DNA of 59,394 nucleotides, from contig JAFQFS010000087.1 in NCBI GenBank assembly GCA_017398585.1, forward strand, positions 1 through 59,394. The letters run 5' to 3'. The notes under the pieces were generated by a model. It had not been told where the DNA came from. It saw only the letters and a list, made by a program, of their open reading frames with translations, and did no database searches. Positions 1 through 8,477 of the stretch are shown one piece after another (the stretch's first letter is position 1; each line of letters opens with the position of its first letter). The stretch comes from Clostridia bacterium (GTDB taxonomy: Bacteria; Bacillota; Clostridia; Oscillospirales; CAG-272). The position numbers were made by a program, and so were the translations under genes.

Positions 1-79
1 AAAACCTTTTTGCAAAAAGGTTTTCCCGAACCCTTTCCAAAAAACTTCAGACTGGATGGGACTACGAAGAAAGTGCAGA
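1..79 (+). repeat. Dispersed palindromic repeat unit 1 (left end truncated by window edge)
   Basis: AAAACCTTTTT-GC-AAAAAGGTTTTCCC, tail CCCTTTCCAAAAAACTTC, GTGCAGA at 73-79 after a 24 bp spacer. Confidence 0.85.
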
Positions 80-107
80 TTTTCATTGAAAATCCCCTCA
101 AATCCTC

Positions 108-136
108 TTGACGGATGTGGGGCGATGTGATATAAT
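108..136 (+). promoter_or_regulatory. Sigma-A promoter of the leuS T-box leader
   Basis: TTGACG-17 bp-TATAAT with extended -10 TG. Confidence 0.75.
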
Positions 137-157
137 AACTTTATCCGAAATATTTTA

Positions 158-413
158 AATGCAGTGATGGGGAAAAACGGACCGGAATCCGTGCAGAGAG
201 CTGTCGTCTGGTGCAAGACAGCAGGAGGAACGTTTGATACTCACCCCGAAGCAGCCGTTTGAACGTGCGGGAGACCGCGCCAGTAGATGCGGACGGAACC
301 CTCCGTTACAGGGGCAGGGCATCATGTGTGTCCGGGAGAGGGTAGTTTCTACCGAAAAAGAGTGGTAACACGAGGTTTTTCGCCGCGTCTCTTTGCAGAG
401 ATGGGCGTTTTTT
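158..413 (+). promoter_or_regulatory. Leu T-box riboswitch
   Basis: Stem I with AGAGAG and GGTGCAA motifs, specifier CTC (Leu) at 240-242, T-box AAGAGTGGTAACACG at about 358-372, terminator hairpin plus T-run at 381-413, upstream of leuS. Confidence 0.9.
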
Positions 414-457
414 GTTTCTATCCTCCGAAATCTTATAATTATTACAAGGAAGGCATC

Positions 458-2860
458 ATGAAATACGATTTTAGTGCGATTGAAAAGAAATGGCAGGATA
501 AATGGGAAGAAGCCGGTATTTTCCACGCTTCCGAAGATCACAGCAAGCCGAAGTTCTACGGTCTTGTTGAATTCCCCTATCCGAGCGGTGCCGGCATGCA
601 TGTCGGTCACATCAAGGCGTACTCCGGTCTGGAAGTCATCTCCCGCAAGAGACGTATGCAGGGCTACAATGTTCTGTTCCCGATGGGCTTTGACGCATAC
701 GGTCTGCCCACCGAAAACTATGCGATCAAGACCGGTATTCACCCCCGTCAGGTAACCGACCAGAACATCGCGAAGTTCACCTCTCAGCTCAAGAGAGTAG
801 GCTTCTCCTTCGACTGGACACGCGTTGTCGATACTACTGAAGAAGGCTACTACAAGTGGACCCAGTGGATCTTCCGCAAGATGTTCGATGCGGGACTCGT
901 TTTCCGTGCGACCACGCTCGTCAACTACTGCCCGTTCTGCAAGGTCGTTCTCTCCAACGAAGACTCCCAGGGCGGCAAGTGCGATATCTGCCACAACGAT
1001 ATTATCCAGAAGTCCAAGGACGTATGGTATCTCCGCATTACCGAATACGCGGACAAGCTCCTCGAAGGTCTCGAAAAGGTTGACTACCTGCCGAACGTAA
1101 AGCTCCAGCAGGAAAACTGGATCGGCCGTTCCGAAGGCGCATTCGTCAACTTCGCTCTCACGAACTGCGACGAAACCCTCCGCATCTACACCACCCGCTG
1201 TGACACCATGTTCGGAGCGACCTTCATGGTCATCGCTCCCGAACATCCGATCATTGAAAAGTACGCGGACCGTATCTCCAACATCGACGCGCTGAACGCG
1301 TATAAGGAAGAATGCGCAAAGAAGACCGAATTCGAACGTACCCAGCTCGTCAAGGACAAGACCGGCGTGCGCATCGAAGGCATTGCTGCGATCAACCCCG
1401 CAACGGGCAAGGAAATCCCGATCTACATCTCCGACTACGTTATGATGGGCTATGGTACCGGCGCGATCATGGCAGTACCGGCACACGACGAACGTGACTA
1501 CGACTTTGCAAAGAAGTTCGGCATCGAGATCATCGAAGTCATCAAGGGCGGCGACATTTCCAAGGAAGCCTACACCGGCGACGGCGAAATGGTCAACTCC
1601 GGATTCCTGAACGGCATCGAAACCAAGAAGGAAGCCATCGCAAAGATGCTCGAGTACCTCGGTGAAAAAGGTCTCGGCGAAAAGGGCGTACAGTACAAGA
1701 TGAAGGACTGGGCGTTCAACCGTCAGCGTTACTGGGGCGAACCGATTCCGATCGTACACTGCCCGAAGTGCGGTATGGTCGGCGTTCCCTACGAAGAACT
1801 CCCGCTCAAGCTCCCGAACATGGAAAACTTCGCACCCGGTGAAGGCGGCGAAAGCCCGCTCGCAAAGGTCGAAGAATTCGTCAACTGCTCCTGCCCGAAA
1901 TGCGGCGGCGCGGCAAAGCGTGAAACCGACACCATGCCCCAGTGGGCAGGTTCCTCCTGGTACTTCCTCCGTTACGCGGACGCGCACAACGAAGACGCAT
2001 TCGCGGATCCGGAAAAGCTGAAGTACTGGCTCCCCGTTGACTGGTACAACGGCGGTATGGAACACGTTACCCGTCACATGATCTACTCCCGCTTCTGGCA
2101 CCGCTTCCTTTACGACATCGGCGCAGTTCCGGTGGACGAACCCTACGCAAAGCGTACCGCACAGGGTCTGATCCTCGGTCCGGACGGCGACAAGATGAGT
2201 AAGTCCAAGGGCAACGTTGTTGACCCGAACGATGTCGTCAACGAATACGGCGCAGACGTTCTCCGTGTGTACATCCTCTTCATGGGCGACTATGCGTCCG
2301 CGGCTCCGTGGAACGACAGCAGCGTCAAGGGATGCAAGCGCTTCCTCGACCGCGTTGCAGCTCTCACCGACCTCGTAAAGGGTACCGGCGTGACTGCAAA
2401 GCTCGAATCCGCATTCCACAAGACCGTCAAGAAAGTGACTGAAGACATCGAAGACATGAAGTTCAACACCGCCATCGCGGCGATGATGACCCTCATCAAC
2501 ACCATCTACGAAGTCGGCAGCCTCACCGCAGACGAACTGAAGACGCTTCTCAAGCTCCTCTGCCCGTTTGCACCGCATCTCTGTGAAGAAATGTGGGAAA
2601 CCCTCGGCGAAAAGAACTTCCTCTCCATGACCGCATGGCCGGAATGGGACGAAGCGAAGACCGTTGACGCGGAAATCGAAATCGCCGTACAGGTCAGCGG
2701 CAAGCTCCGTGCGACCATCACCATCGCGGCAGACGCTTCCAAGGAAGACGCCATCGCAGCCGCTCTCGCAGACGAACGCATTCAGGCAGCCATCGCCGGC
2801 AAGAACGTCGTCAAGGAAATCTACATCCCCGGCAAGATCGTCAACATCGTGGCTAAGTAA
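458..2860 (+). CDS. leuS: Leucine--tRNA ligase
   Basis: FPYPSGAGMHVGH (HIGH), KMSKS, editing-domain GYGTGAIMAVPAHD; start moved to ATG 458 after RBS AAGGAAGG. Confidence 0.97.
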   Translation: MKYDFSAIEKKWQDKWEEAGIFHASEDHSKPKFYGLVEFPYPSGAGMHVGHIKAYSGLEVISRKRRMQGYNVLFPMGFDAYGLPTENYAIKTGIHPRQVTDQNIAKFTSQLKRVGFSFDWTRVVDTTEEGYYKWTQWIFRKMFDAGLVFRATTLVNYCPFCKVVLSNEDSQGGKCDICHNDIIQKSKDVWYLRITEYADKLLEGLEKVDYLPNVKLQQENWIGRSEGAFVNFALTNCDETLRIYTTRCDTMFGATFMVIAPEHPIIEKYADRISNIDALNAYKEECAKKTEFERTQLVKDKTGVRIEGIAAINPATGKEIPIYISDYVMMGYGTGAIMAVPAHDERDYDFAKKFGIEIIEVIKGGDISKEAYTGDGEMVNSGFLNGIETKKEAIAKMLEYLGEKGLGEKGVQYKMKDWAFNRQRYWGEPIPIVHCPKCGMVGVPYEELPLKLPNMENFAPGEGGESPLAKVEEFVNCSCPKCGGAAKRETDTMPQWAGSSWYFLRYADAHNEDAFADPEKLKYWLPVDWYNGGMEHVTRHMIYSRFWHRFLYDIGAVPVDEPYAKRTAQGLILGPDGDKMSKSKGNVVDPNDVVNEYGADVLRVYILFMGDYASAAPWNDSSVKGCKRFLDRVAALTDLVKGTGVTAKLESAFHKTVKKVTEDIEDMKFNTAIAAMMTLINTIYEVGSLTADELKTLLKLLCPFAPHLCEEMWETLGEKNFLSMTAWPEWDEAKTVDAEIEIAVQVSGKLRATITIAADASKEDAIAAALADERIQAAIAGKNVVKEIYIPGKIVNIVAK

Positions 2861-2882
2861 TTGAATACAGTGAGAAATGAAT

Positions 2883-2937
2883 CGGGGGAAACCTTTTTGA
2901 AAAAAGGTTTCCCCCGAACCCCTTTCCAAAAACGTTT
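2883..2937 (+). repeat. Dispersed palindromic repeat unit 2
   Basis: CGGGGGAAACCTTTTT-GA-AAAAAGGTTTCCCCCG then CCCCTTTCCAAAAACGTTT, starting about 23 bp after the leuS stop. Confidence 0.9.
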
Positions 2938-2973
2938 CATCCGGATGGATTGGATTAAGTTTGTAGAAAGTGC

Positions 2974-3003
2974 TTGACATATATAGTGTTGATGTGGTAT
3001 AAT
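2974..3003 (+). promoter_or_regulatory. Sigma-A promoter
   Basis: TTGACA-18 bp-TATAAT with TG extension. Confidence 0.7.
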
Positions 3004-3036
3004 GTCTACAAATACAGAATATGTGAGGTGCGGACA

Positions 3037-3819
3037 ATGAAACGATGGATTGCGGGAATATTCGTGATGGTTCTGCTGTGCTGCGGCGGCTGTGCGGAAA
3101 AACCGGTGGAAGAGAAGGTCAAAATGGACGATCTCATGAAGATCAGCACGTGGGTGATGGATCCGGCACTGGAAGGGAAAGGGTACTGGGCGTATGACAG
3201 GGATAGTTATGGCACCAAGGGGCACTGGGTTCCGAACAAAGGGGAGCCTGCCGTGAACGACGAAGACGTCTTCCGTGAGGAACGTCTTGCGGTGGGAGAG
3301 ACACGCATCATGGCACCGATCGGCTACAAAGGGGGGAATCTGAACTTTACCATTGATTTCGAAGGAATCGTCACGGTGGAAAAGACCGAACCGGCGGACC
3401 ACAGCATCCTGACTTCCTTTGAACCGAATCTGGCCGATCAGTGGATTGAGGAGACGCTCATCACCCGCAACGGTCCATGCAATCTGAACGTCTTTCCGGT
3501 AGGAAAAAATCTGGCCAGCGAAGGAAGAGGTCTTTTGATTCAGCATAATACCATCGCGGAGAAGGAATATTTACTGACCATCAAGGGATACGAACTGGAC
3601 GGTTCGCTGATGGTCACGGCAGAACTGAAGCTGACCACACTGGAAGACGAAGCGTTTCCGTATGAAGAGTATATTCAGGAAACATACAGAAGAACCGGCG
3701 GCTACGCAGGGTATGGGGAATTGTATGCGGTCGGAGAAAACCGTACCCGGTTCTGCTCGGTGGAACTGGTGTCCTACGAATACAGCGACCACTACAAAAT
3801 GATGGAAATCTTCGGATAA
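3037..3819 (+). CDS. Hypothetical lipoprotein
   Basis: ATG 3037 after GAGGTG; signal peptide MKRWIAGIFVMVLLCCGG|C; no recognised domain. Confidence 0.75.
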   Translation: MKRWIAGIFVMVLLCCGGCAEKPVEEKVKMDDLMKISTWVMDPALEGKGYWAYDRDSYGTKGHWVPNKGEPAVNDEDVFREERLAVGETRIMAPIGYKGGNLNFTIDFEGIVTVEKTEPADHSILTSFEPNLADQWIEETLITRNGPCNLNVFPVGKNLASEGRGLLIQHNTIAEKEYLLTIKGYELDGSLMVTAELKLTTLEDEAFPYEEYIQETYRRTGGYAGYGELYAVGENRTRFCSVELVSYEYSDHYKMMEIFG

Positions 3820-3821
3820 AC

Positions 3822-3861
3822 AAAACGTGCGTACAGACGTTACGGTCTGCACGCACGTTTT
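3822..3861. terminator. Bidirectional intrinsic terminator
   Basis: AAAACGTGCGTACAGAC..GTCTGCACGCACGTTTT between convergent genes. Confidence 0.7.
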
Positions 3862-3877
3862 CTCGTGCCGTTATTTT

Positions 3878-5251
3878 TCAGTTATCACGCCGGATCACGG
3901 CGAATTTTGTGGTTTCGTACCATTCCTCCACGGACGATTCCGTGAGGTCGGAGAAGATCAGCGTCCGCAGTCCGCCGAACAGGACGATGTCCCTCGTATC
4001 CATGACGCGGGAATCGGATGAAAAACACCGGGAATCCTGAGGATCTCCCTCGTTCAGTGTGACGGCGTATATTTTCCGTTCTTCCGGAAAACCGGGACGG
4101 GAAAACTCGATGCAGTAGATCTGCCGGAGATGTTCCTCCGTCAGTTCATGGGCATCGTTCAGCCCGAAGTACCCGCACACCGTCTCGCGAAGGACCGGAT
4201 TTGCGAGATCCACGCCGAGGTTGTCGAAATTCCGCACCTGTCCTGCCGACATCATGCCGAGATTCAGCAGCGCACCGAGAAGAAGCACCGGCACCGCCCG
4301 TGCAATGTTCCGGCGCCGATCGTGGCGTTCCTTCATATTGCGGTACCGCCGCAGGATCGCGTTTCCGCCCGGCGACAGATACGACAGAATTTCCGCACCC
4401 TGCCAGTCTTCGCGGAGGTTCCGCTCCGCCATGTTCAGGATCATTGCGATGTACTCCCCGCGCATCCGGTCGCCCGTCTTGTCGAGCACCGCCTCGTCGC
4501 AGAGGTATTCCAGATCCTCGCACACTGCGTTCCGGATGACCTTCGCCGTCGGAAGCAGAATGTGAAACGACGTTGTAAACAGCGTCAGCAGCTTGGTCAG
4601 CGTGTCCCAGTGCCGGATATGCGTCAGCTCATGCATGAAGATCAGTTCCAGCCAGAGGTCACTGTAATCGTCCGGACAGTCCCCGCCGATGTAGACGGAA
4701 GGGAAGAGGATCCCGCATGTGCACGGCGAAATCCGTACGTCCGGCTTCATGATACGGAGCGGGATGTTCCGCCGGATTCCGACCTTTTTCTTCGCGGAGG
4801 CGTAGATCCGATTCAGCCGTTCGTCCCGACAGACGGCGGAATGCCGGGTCAGGTACTGCATCCCGTCAAAATACGCCGCCAGTCCGAACGTGAACGACGC
4901 CGTTGCCGCCACGAACCAGAACAGAAGCAGCGTCAGACAGAAGCCGCGTGCCGCCCGCAGGACACCGTGCGGCAGGTACACGTCCGGCACATCCGCCGGA
5001 CGTTCCGCTTCTCCCGGATCGTGCAGTTCGACCCGCAGTCCGCCCGTGTAATCGGTGTACAGGGCAAATTCGACGGCATTTTTTCCGCTGTCCACGGGAA
5101 TCAGTGCAATGAGAAACAGCAGGCACCAGAAAACGGGCAGGATCCGCAGACTGTACTTCGACCGGAGCCGGAGTACCAGAACGGAAACGCCCGTAAAAAG
5201 AAAAGAAAGGGCGGCCAGCATAAAAAACAGTACGATGATCCTGTTTTCCAT
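3878..5251 (-). CDS. M56 family metallopeptidase (BlaR1/MecR1-like signal transducer)
   Basis: N-terminal TM helices, HELTH (HExxH), ExxCD motif; directly downstream of a BlaI-like gene. Confidence 0.88.
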   Translation of the reverse strand: MENRIIVLFFMLAALSFLFTGVSVLVLRLRSKYSLRILPVFWCLLFLIALIPVDSGKNAVEFALYTDYTGGLRVELHDPGEAERPADVPDVYLPHGVLRAARGFCLTLLLFWFVAATASFTFGLAAYFDGMQYLTRHSAVCRDERLNRIYASAKKKVGIRRNIPLRIMKPDVRISPCTCGILFPSVYIGGDCPDDYSDLWLELIFMHELTHIRHWDTLTKLLTLFTTSFHILLPTAKVIRNAVCEDLEYLCDEAVLDKTGDRMRGEYIAMILNMAERNLREDWQGAEILSYLSPGGNAILRRYRNMKERHDRRRNIARAVPVLLLGALLNLGMMSAGQVRNFDNLGVDLANPVLRETVCGYFGLNDAHELTEEHLRQIYCIEFSRPGFPEERKIYAVTLNEGDPQDSRCFSSDSRVMDTRDIVLFGGLRTLIFSDLTESSVEEWYETTKFAVIRRDN

Positions 5252-5278
5252 AGCGCCGCTCCTCTCCGTGGGTATGCC

Positions 5279-5677
5279 TTACTTCTTTTCGTTTTCGCTG
5301 ATAATCTTCTTGATTTCGTCAAGTTCTTCCGCAGTGAGGCTTTCATCGCTGACGAGCGCGGAGATCAGCCCCATTTTGTCGTTCATGTAAACCTTTTCGA
5401 CGAAATCGCCGGAAGCAAACTTTCTGTAGTCGGCGCTGTCAATGATGGGGGTATAGCAGTTGGAACGGCCGAGCTTTTCGGTTGTGATGAAGCCCTTGGT
5501 CTGCAGTCTGGTGATCAGCGTGAGGACCGTCGTGAGCTTGAGTCTGGTAAGAGCGGGGAAGCGCTTCATGATGAGGCCGGCGGAAACGAACTTTTCGCCT
5601 TCTTCGTTGAGCGCCCAGATGGCCTGCATAACTTCGAGCTCGCTTTCGGGGAGCTTGATCATCTTCTTGTCTGACAT
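5279..5677 (-). CDS. BlaI/MecI/CopY family transcriptional repressor
   Basis: LPESELEVMQAIW, TTVLTLITRLQTKGF, LTAEELDEIKKII; start moved to ATG 5677 (RBS AAGGAGA). Confidence 0.92.
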   Translation of the reverse strand: MSDKKMIKLPESELEVMQAIWALNEEGEKFVSAGLIMKRFPALTRLKLTTVLTLITRLQTKGFITTEKLGRSNCYTPIIDSADYRKFASGDFVEKVYMNDKMGLISALVSDESLTAEELDEIKKIISENEKK

Positions 5678-5903
5678 GGTATACGTGTCTCCTTTGTTTG
5701 CAAAAACTTTAATAAATTGAATGATAAAACTGATAAGGAATCGTTTATACATAAATTATAACCTTTTTTACTACACAAGTCAATGCTTTCTTGTAAGATA
5801 AATGAAATCTGTAAAAACGACAAAAAACGCCCGCCGTCCGACTGGATAAATTGAACAAAACGTGTAGTTGTGAAAACAAAAAGATACTTGACAAAAACTT
5901 CGC

Positions 5904-5932
5904 TTGACATATTTCACGTATAGTGTTAAAAT
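5904..5932 (+). promoter_or_regulatory. Sigma-A promoter for DUF3472 gene and asnA
   Basis: TTGACA-17 bp-TAAAAT with TG extension. Confidence 0.65.
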
Positions 5933-5977
5933 ATACAGGAATTCTTCTATTACGCATCCAGGCGGCAGGTACAAACA

Positions 5978-7210
5978 ATGGCAGAAAAACTCATACGAAT
6001 CCCCCTTGCGGGCAACGCATTCCGCGAAACGCCGGGCAGCGGCGGCAAAGTCACCCCAGGCGGCATCTCCGAGTGGTCCGATCCGGACGTAAAATTCGGC
6101 ATTTACGTCAGTTTCCGTGCAGGCGTGACGTTTCACGCCGCGCTGAAACTCCGGAACCAGACGGCAAACGCAAAAATCCGCTTCGCCGCTCTGCAGAATG
6201 ATTACGAAATCGCTCTCGAACCCGGGTATAACGAAGTCCCGCTCGGCACCTATACCACCGAAAAGGACGGTTACGTCCGTTTCGAACTGCAGGGCATTTC
6301 AACGGACGGCACCCATTTCGCTTCTCCGACGGAGCTTTTTCTGTACGTCGCGGACGAAACGGACGTTCTCTCCTGCATCACCCCGAAGGATAAGGAAAAT
6401 TACGGCTACTACTGGACCCGCCGCGGGCCGAGTGTTCACTGCAATTACTCCACGCACGAGATGGAACGCATCGAATGGTTCTACGACGAAGTTACCGTTC
6501 CGGCTGGCTTCGACCCCGTTGGCACCTACGCCATGGCGATCGGCTTCCGCGGAGGCTACTTCGGCATCCAGACCAATTCGAAAAACGAACGACGCATCCT
6601 GTTCTCCGTATGGAGTCCCCATGTGACCGACGATCCGTCCGAAATTCCGGAAGATCTGCGCATCGTCTGTCTGCGCAAACACGAACGCACGCATGTCGGT
6701 GAATTCGGCGGCGAAGGGTCCGGCGGGCAGAGTTACATGAAATACAACTGGAAAACCGGCGAAACCTACCGGTTCCTCATGCACGTACGTCCGCAGGGCG
6801 ACGGCAAAACCGTTTTCACGGCGTATTTCTTCTTCCCGGAAACCGGAAAATTCGAATGTATCGCCTCTTTCCTGCGTCCGAAAACCGATACCTGGATGAT
6901 CGGCGTCCATTCCTTCCTCGAAAATTTCAGCGATACCCGCGGCTATATCACCCGCATGGCGTACTACGGCAATCCGTGGGCACGTACCGCGGACGGTCAG
7001 TGGTTCTCCCCGAAGCGGATCCTGCTGACCGGCGACAATACCGCGCGTCAGAGCTGGCGTACCGACTACGACGGCGGAATGCTGGACGACGGACGTTTCT
7101 ACCTGAAAAACGGCGGTTTCTTCGACGAACACGCGCCGCTGGATAAAATTTTCTACCGGACGTTTGCCGATTCCGTCCGTCCCGACCTTGATTTAAATGA
7201 ACTTGAATAA
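5978..7210 (+). CDS. DUF3472 (DUF5077 N-terminal) domain protein
   Basis: Motifs RRGPSVH, GYFGIQTNS, RRILFSVWSP, FGGEGSGGQSY, SFLENF. Confidence 0.8.
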   Translation: MAEKLIRIPLAGNAFRETPGSGGKVTPGGISEWSDPDVKFGIYVSFRAGVTFHAALKLRNQTANAKIRFAALQNDYEIALEPGYNEVPLGTYTTEKDGYVRFELQGISTDGTHFASPTELFLYVADETDVLSCITPKDKENYGYYWTRRGPSVHCNYSTHEMERIEWFYDEVTVPAGFDPVGTYAMAIGFRGGYFGIQTNSKNERRILFSVWSPHVTDDPSEIPEDLRIVCLRKHERTHVGEFGGEGSGGQSYMKYNWKTGETYRFLMHVRPQGDGKTVFTAYFFFPETGKFECIASFLRPKTDTWMIGVHSFLENFSDTRGYITRMAYYGNPWARTADGQWFSPKRILLTGDNTARQSWRTDYDGGMLDDGRFYLKNGGFFDEHAPLDKIFYRTFADSVRPDLDLNELE

Positions 7211-7228
7211 GCAGAAGGAGTCCCTGCT

Positions 7229-8233
7229 ATGTTATACATTCCCGAAAACTACAAACCGCGCCTCGCCATGTACGATGTCCAGCGCGCGATCGACTACATC
7301 AAACGCACCTTCCAGATGAACCTTGCCATCGAACTGAACCTCCGCCGCGTTTCCGCGCCCCTGTTCGTCCGCGAAGACTCCGGTCTGAACGACAACCTCA
7401 GCGGGAAGGAACGTCCGGTCGGCTTTGACATCCCCGCGGTCGGCGAAACCGCGCAGGTCGTACAGTCTCTCGCAAAGTGGAAGCGTCTCGCCCTTAAGCG
7501 ATACGAATTCTACGTCGGCAAGGGCCTCTACACCGATATGAATGCCATCCGCCGCGACGAGGATGATCTCGACAATCTCCATTCCGTCTACGTCGACCAG
7601 TGGGACTGGGAAAAGGTCATCGACCGCAGCATGCGCACCACTGAATACCTCCACCAGACCGTCCGCAAGATCGTTGCGGCTATGGTTGCGACCAACAACG
7701 CTCTCCGCTACGAATTCTCCGCGCTCGAATGCCACATTTCCCCCGAAGTTTCCTTCATCACCACGCAGGAACTCGAAGACATGTATCCCGACAAGACCCC
7801 GAAGGAACGTGAAAACCTCTACGTAAAAGAGCATCCCACCACGTTCCTCGAAAAGATCGGCGGCAAGCTGAAGAGCGGCAAGCCGCACGATGGCCGCGCC
7901 CCCGACTACGACGACTGGGAACTCAACGGCGACATTCTCCTCTGGAACGACGTCCTGGGCTGTGCGTTTGAAATTTCCTCGATGGGTATCCGCGTCGACG
8001 CGGAATCCCTTGCAAAGCAGCTGAAGCTCGCCGGATGCGAAGACCGCGCGGAACTCCCGTTCCACAAAATGCTCCTGAACGACGAACTTCCGCTCACCAT
8101 CGGCGGCGGTATCGGTCAGTCCAGACTCTGCATGCTCATGATGCAGACCGCCCATATCGGCGAAGTACAGGCATCCGTATGGGACAAGCATACCATCGAA
8201 GCCTGCCGGAACGCGGGAATCACGCTGCTTTAA
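7229..8233 (+). CDS. asnA: Aspartate--ammonia ligase
   Basis: SLAKWKR, HSVYVDQWDWEK, HDGRAPDYDDW, TIGGGIGQSR. Confidence 0.97.
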   Translation: MLYIPENYKPRLAMYDVQRAIDYIKRTFQMNLAIELNLRRVSAPLFVREDSGLNDNLSGKERPVGFDIPAVGETAQVVQSLAKWKRLALKRYEFYVGKGLYTDMNAIRRDEDDLDNLHSVYVDQWDWEKVIDRSMRTTEYLHQTVRKIVAAMVATNNALRYEFSALECHISPEVSFITTQELEDMYPDKTPKERENLYVKEHPTTFLEKIGGKLKSGKPHDGRAPDYDDWELNGDILLWNDVLGCAFEISSMGIRVDAESLAKQLKLAGCEDRAELPFHKMLLNDELPLTIGGGIGQSRLCMLMMQTAHIGEVQASVWDKHTIEACRNAGITLL

Positions 8234-8401
8234 CTGAATAAATCATCCAAAAATCCCGTTTTTTTGCACGGGCAGGGAACTTTTCGGCGGCGGAAAACGT
8301 CTTATTACTGAAAAAACTCTGCGGACGTGCATCAAAACGGGATTTCTGTCCAAAAATTACCCGTAATCTTTCGGGACCGGCAAAGAATTCATATTTTAAT
8401 A

Positions 8402-8430
8402 TTGAAAAATTTCCCGTAATATCGTATAAT
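8402..8430 (+). promoter_or_regulatory. Sigma-A promoter of the surface-glycan operon
   Basis: TTGAAA-17 bp-TATAAT. Confidence 0.7.
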
Positions 8431-8477
8431 AATAAGAACGAAAAAACAAATTCCAAAAGAAAGCAAGGAGGAACGCT

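Noticed and set aside
287-457. N-terminal extension of the leuS ORF
   Set aside because: It runs through the T-box leader and terminator. The RBS and conserved N-terminus point to ATG 458.
2883-2937. Repeat units as ordinary rho-independent terminators
   Set aside because: The T-run is inside the stem rather than after it, copies occur within probable operons and a 5' UTR, and extra conserved parts (tail, GTGCAGA) are unexplained. A partial termination role is not excluded.
155-3037. 960 aa antisense ORF over leuS, and similar long antisense ORFs (10469-12568, 35268-38510, 54857-56638, 26389-27903, 20001-21434)
   Set aside because: These shadow well-supported genes. The strong codon bias of the sense genes depletes stops in the antisense frame, and the products have no recognisable motifs.
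4130-5674. 514 aa plus-strand ORF opposite the M56/BlaI genes
   Set aside because: It is antisense to two motif-supported genes, has Arg/His/Gln-rich non-protein-like composition and lacks an RBS.
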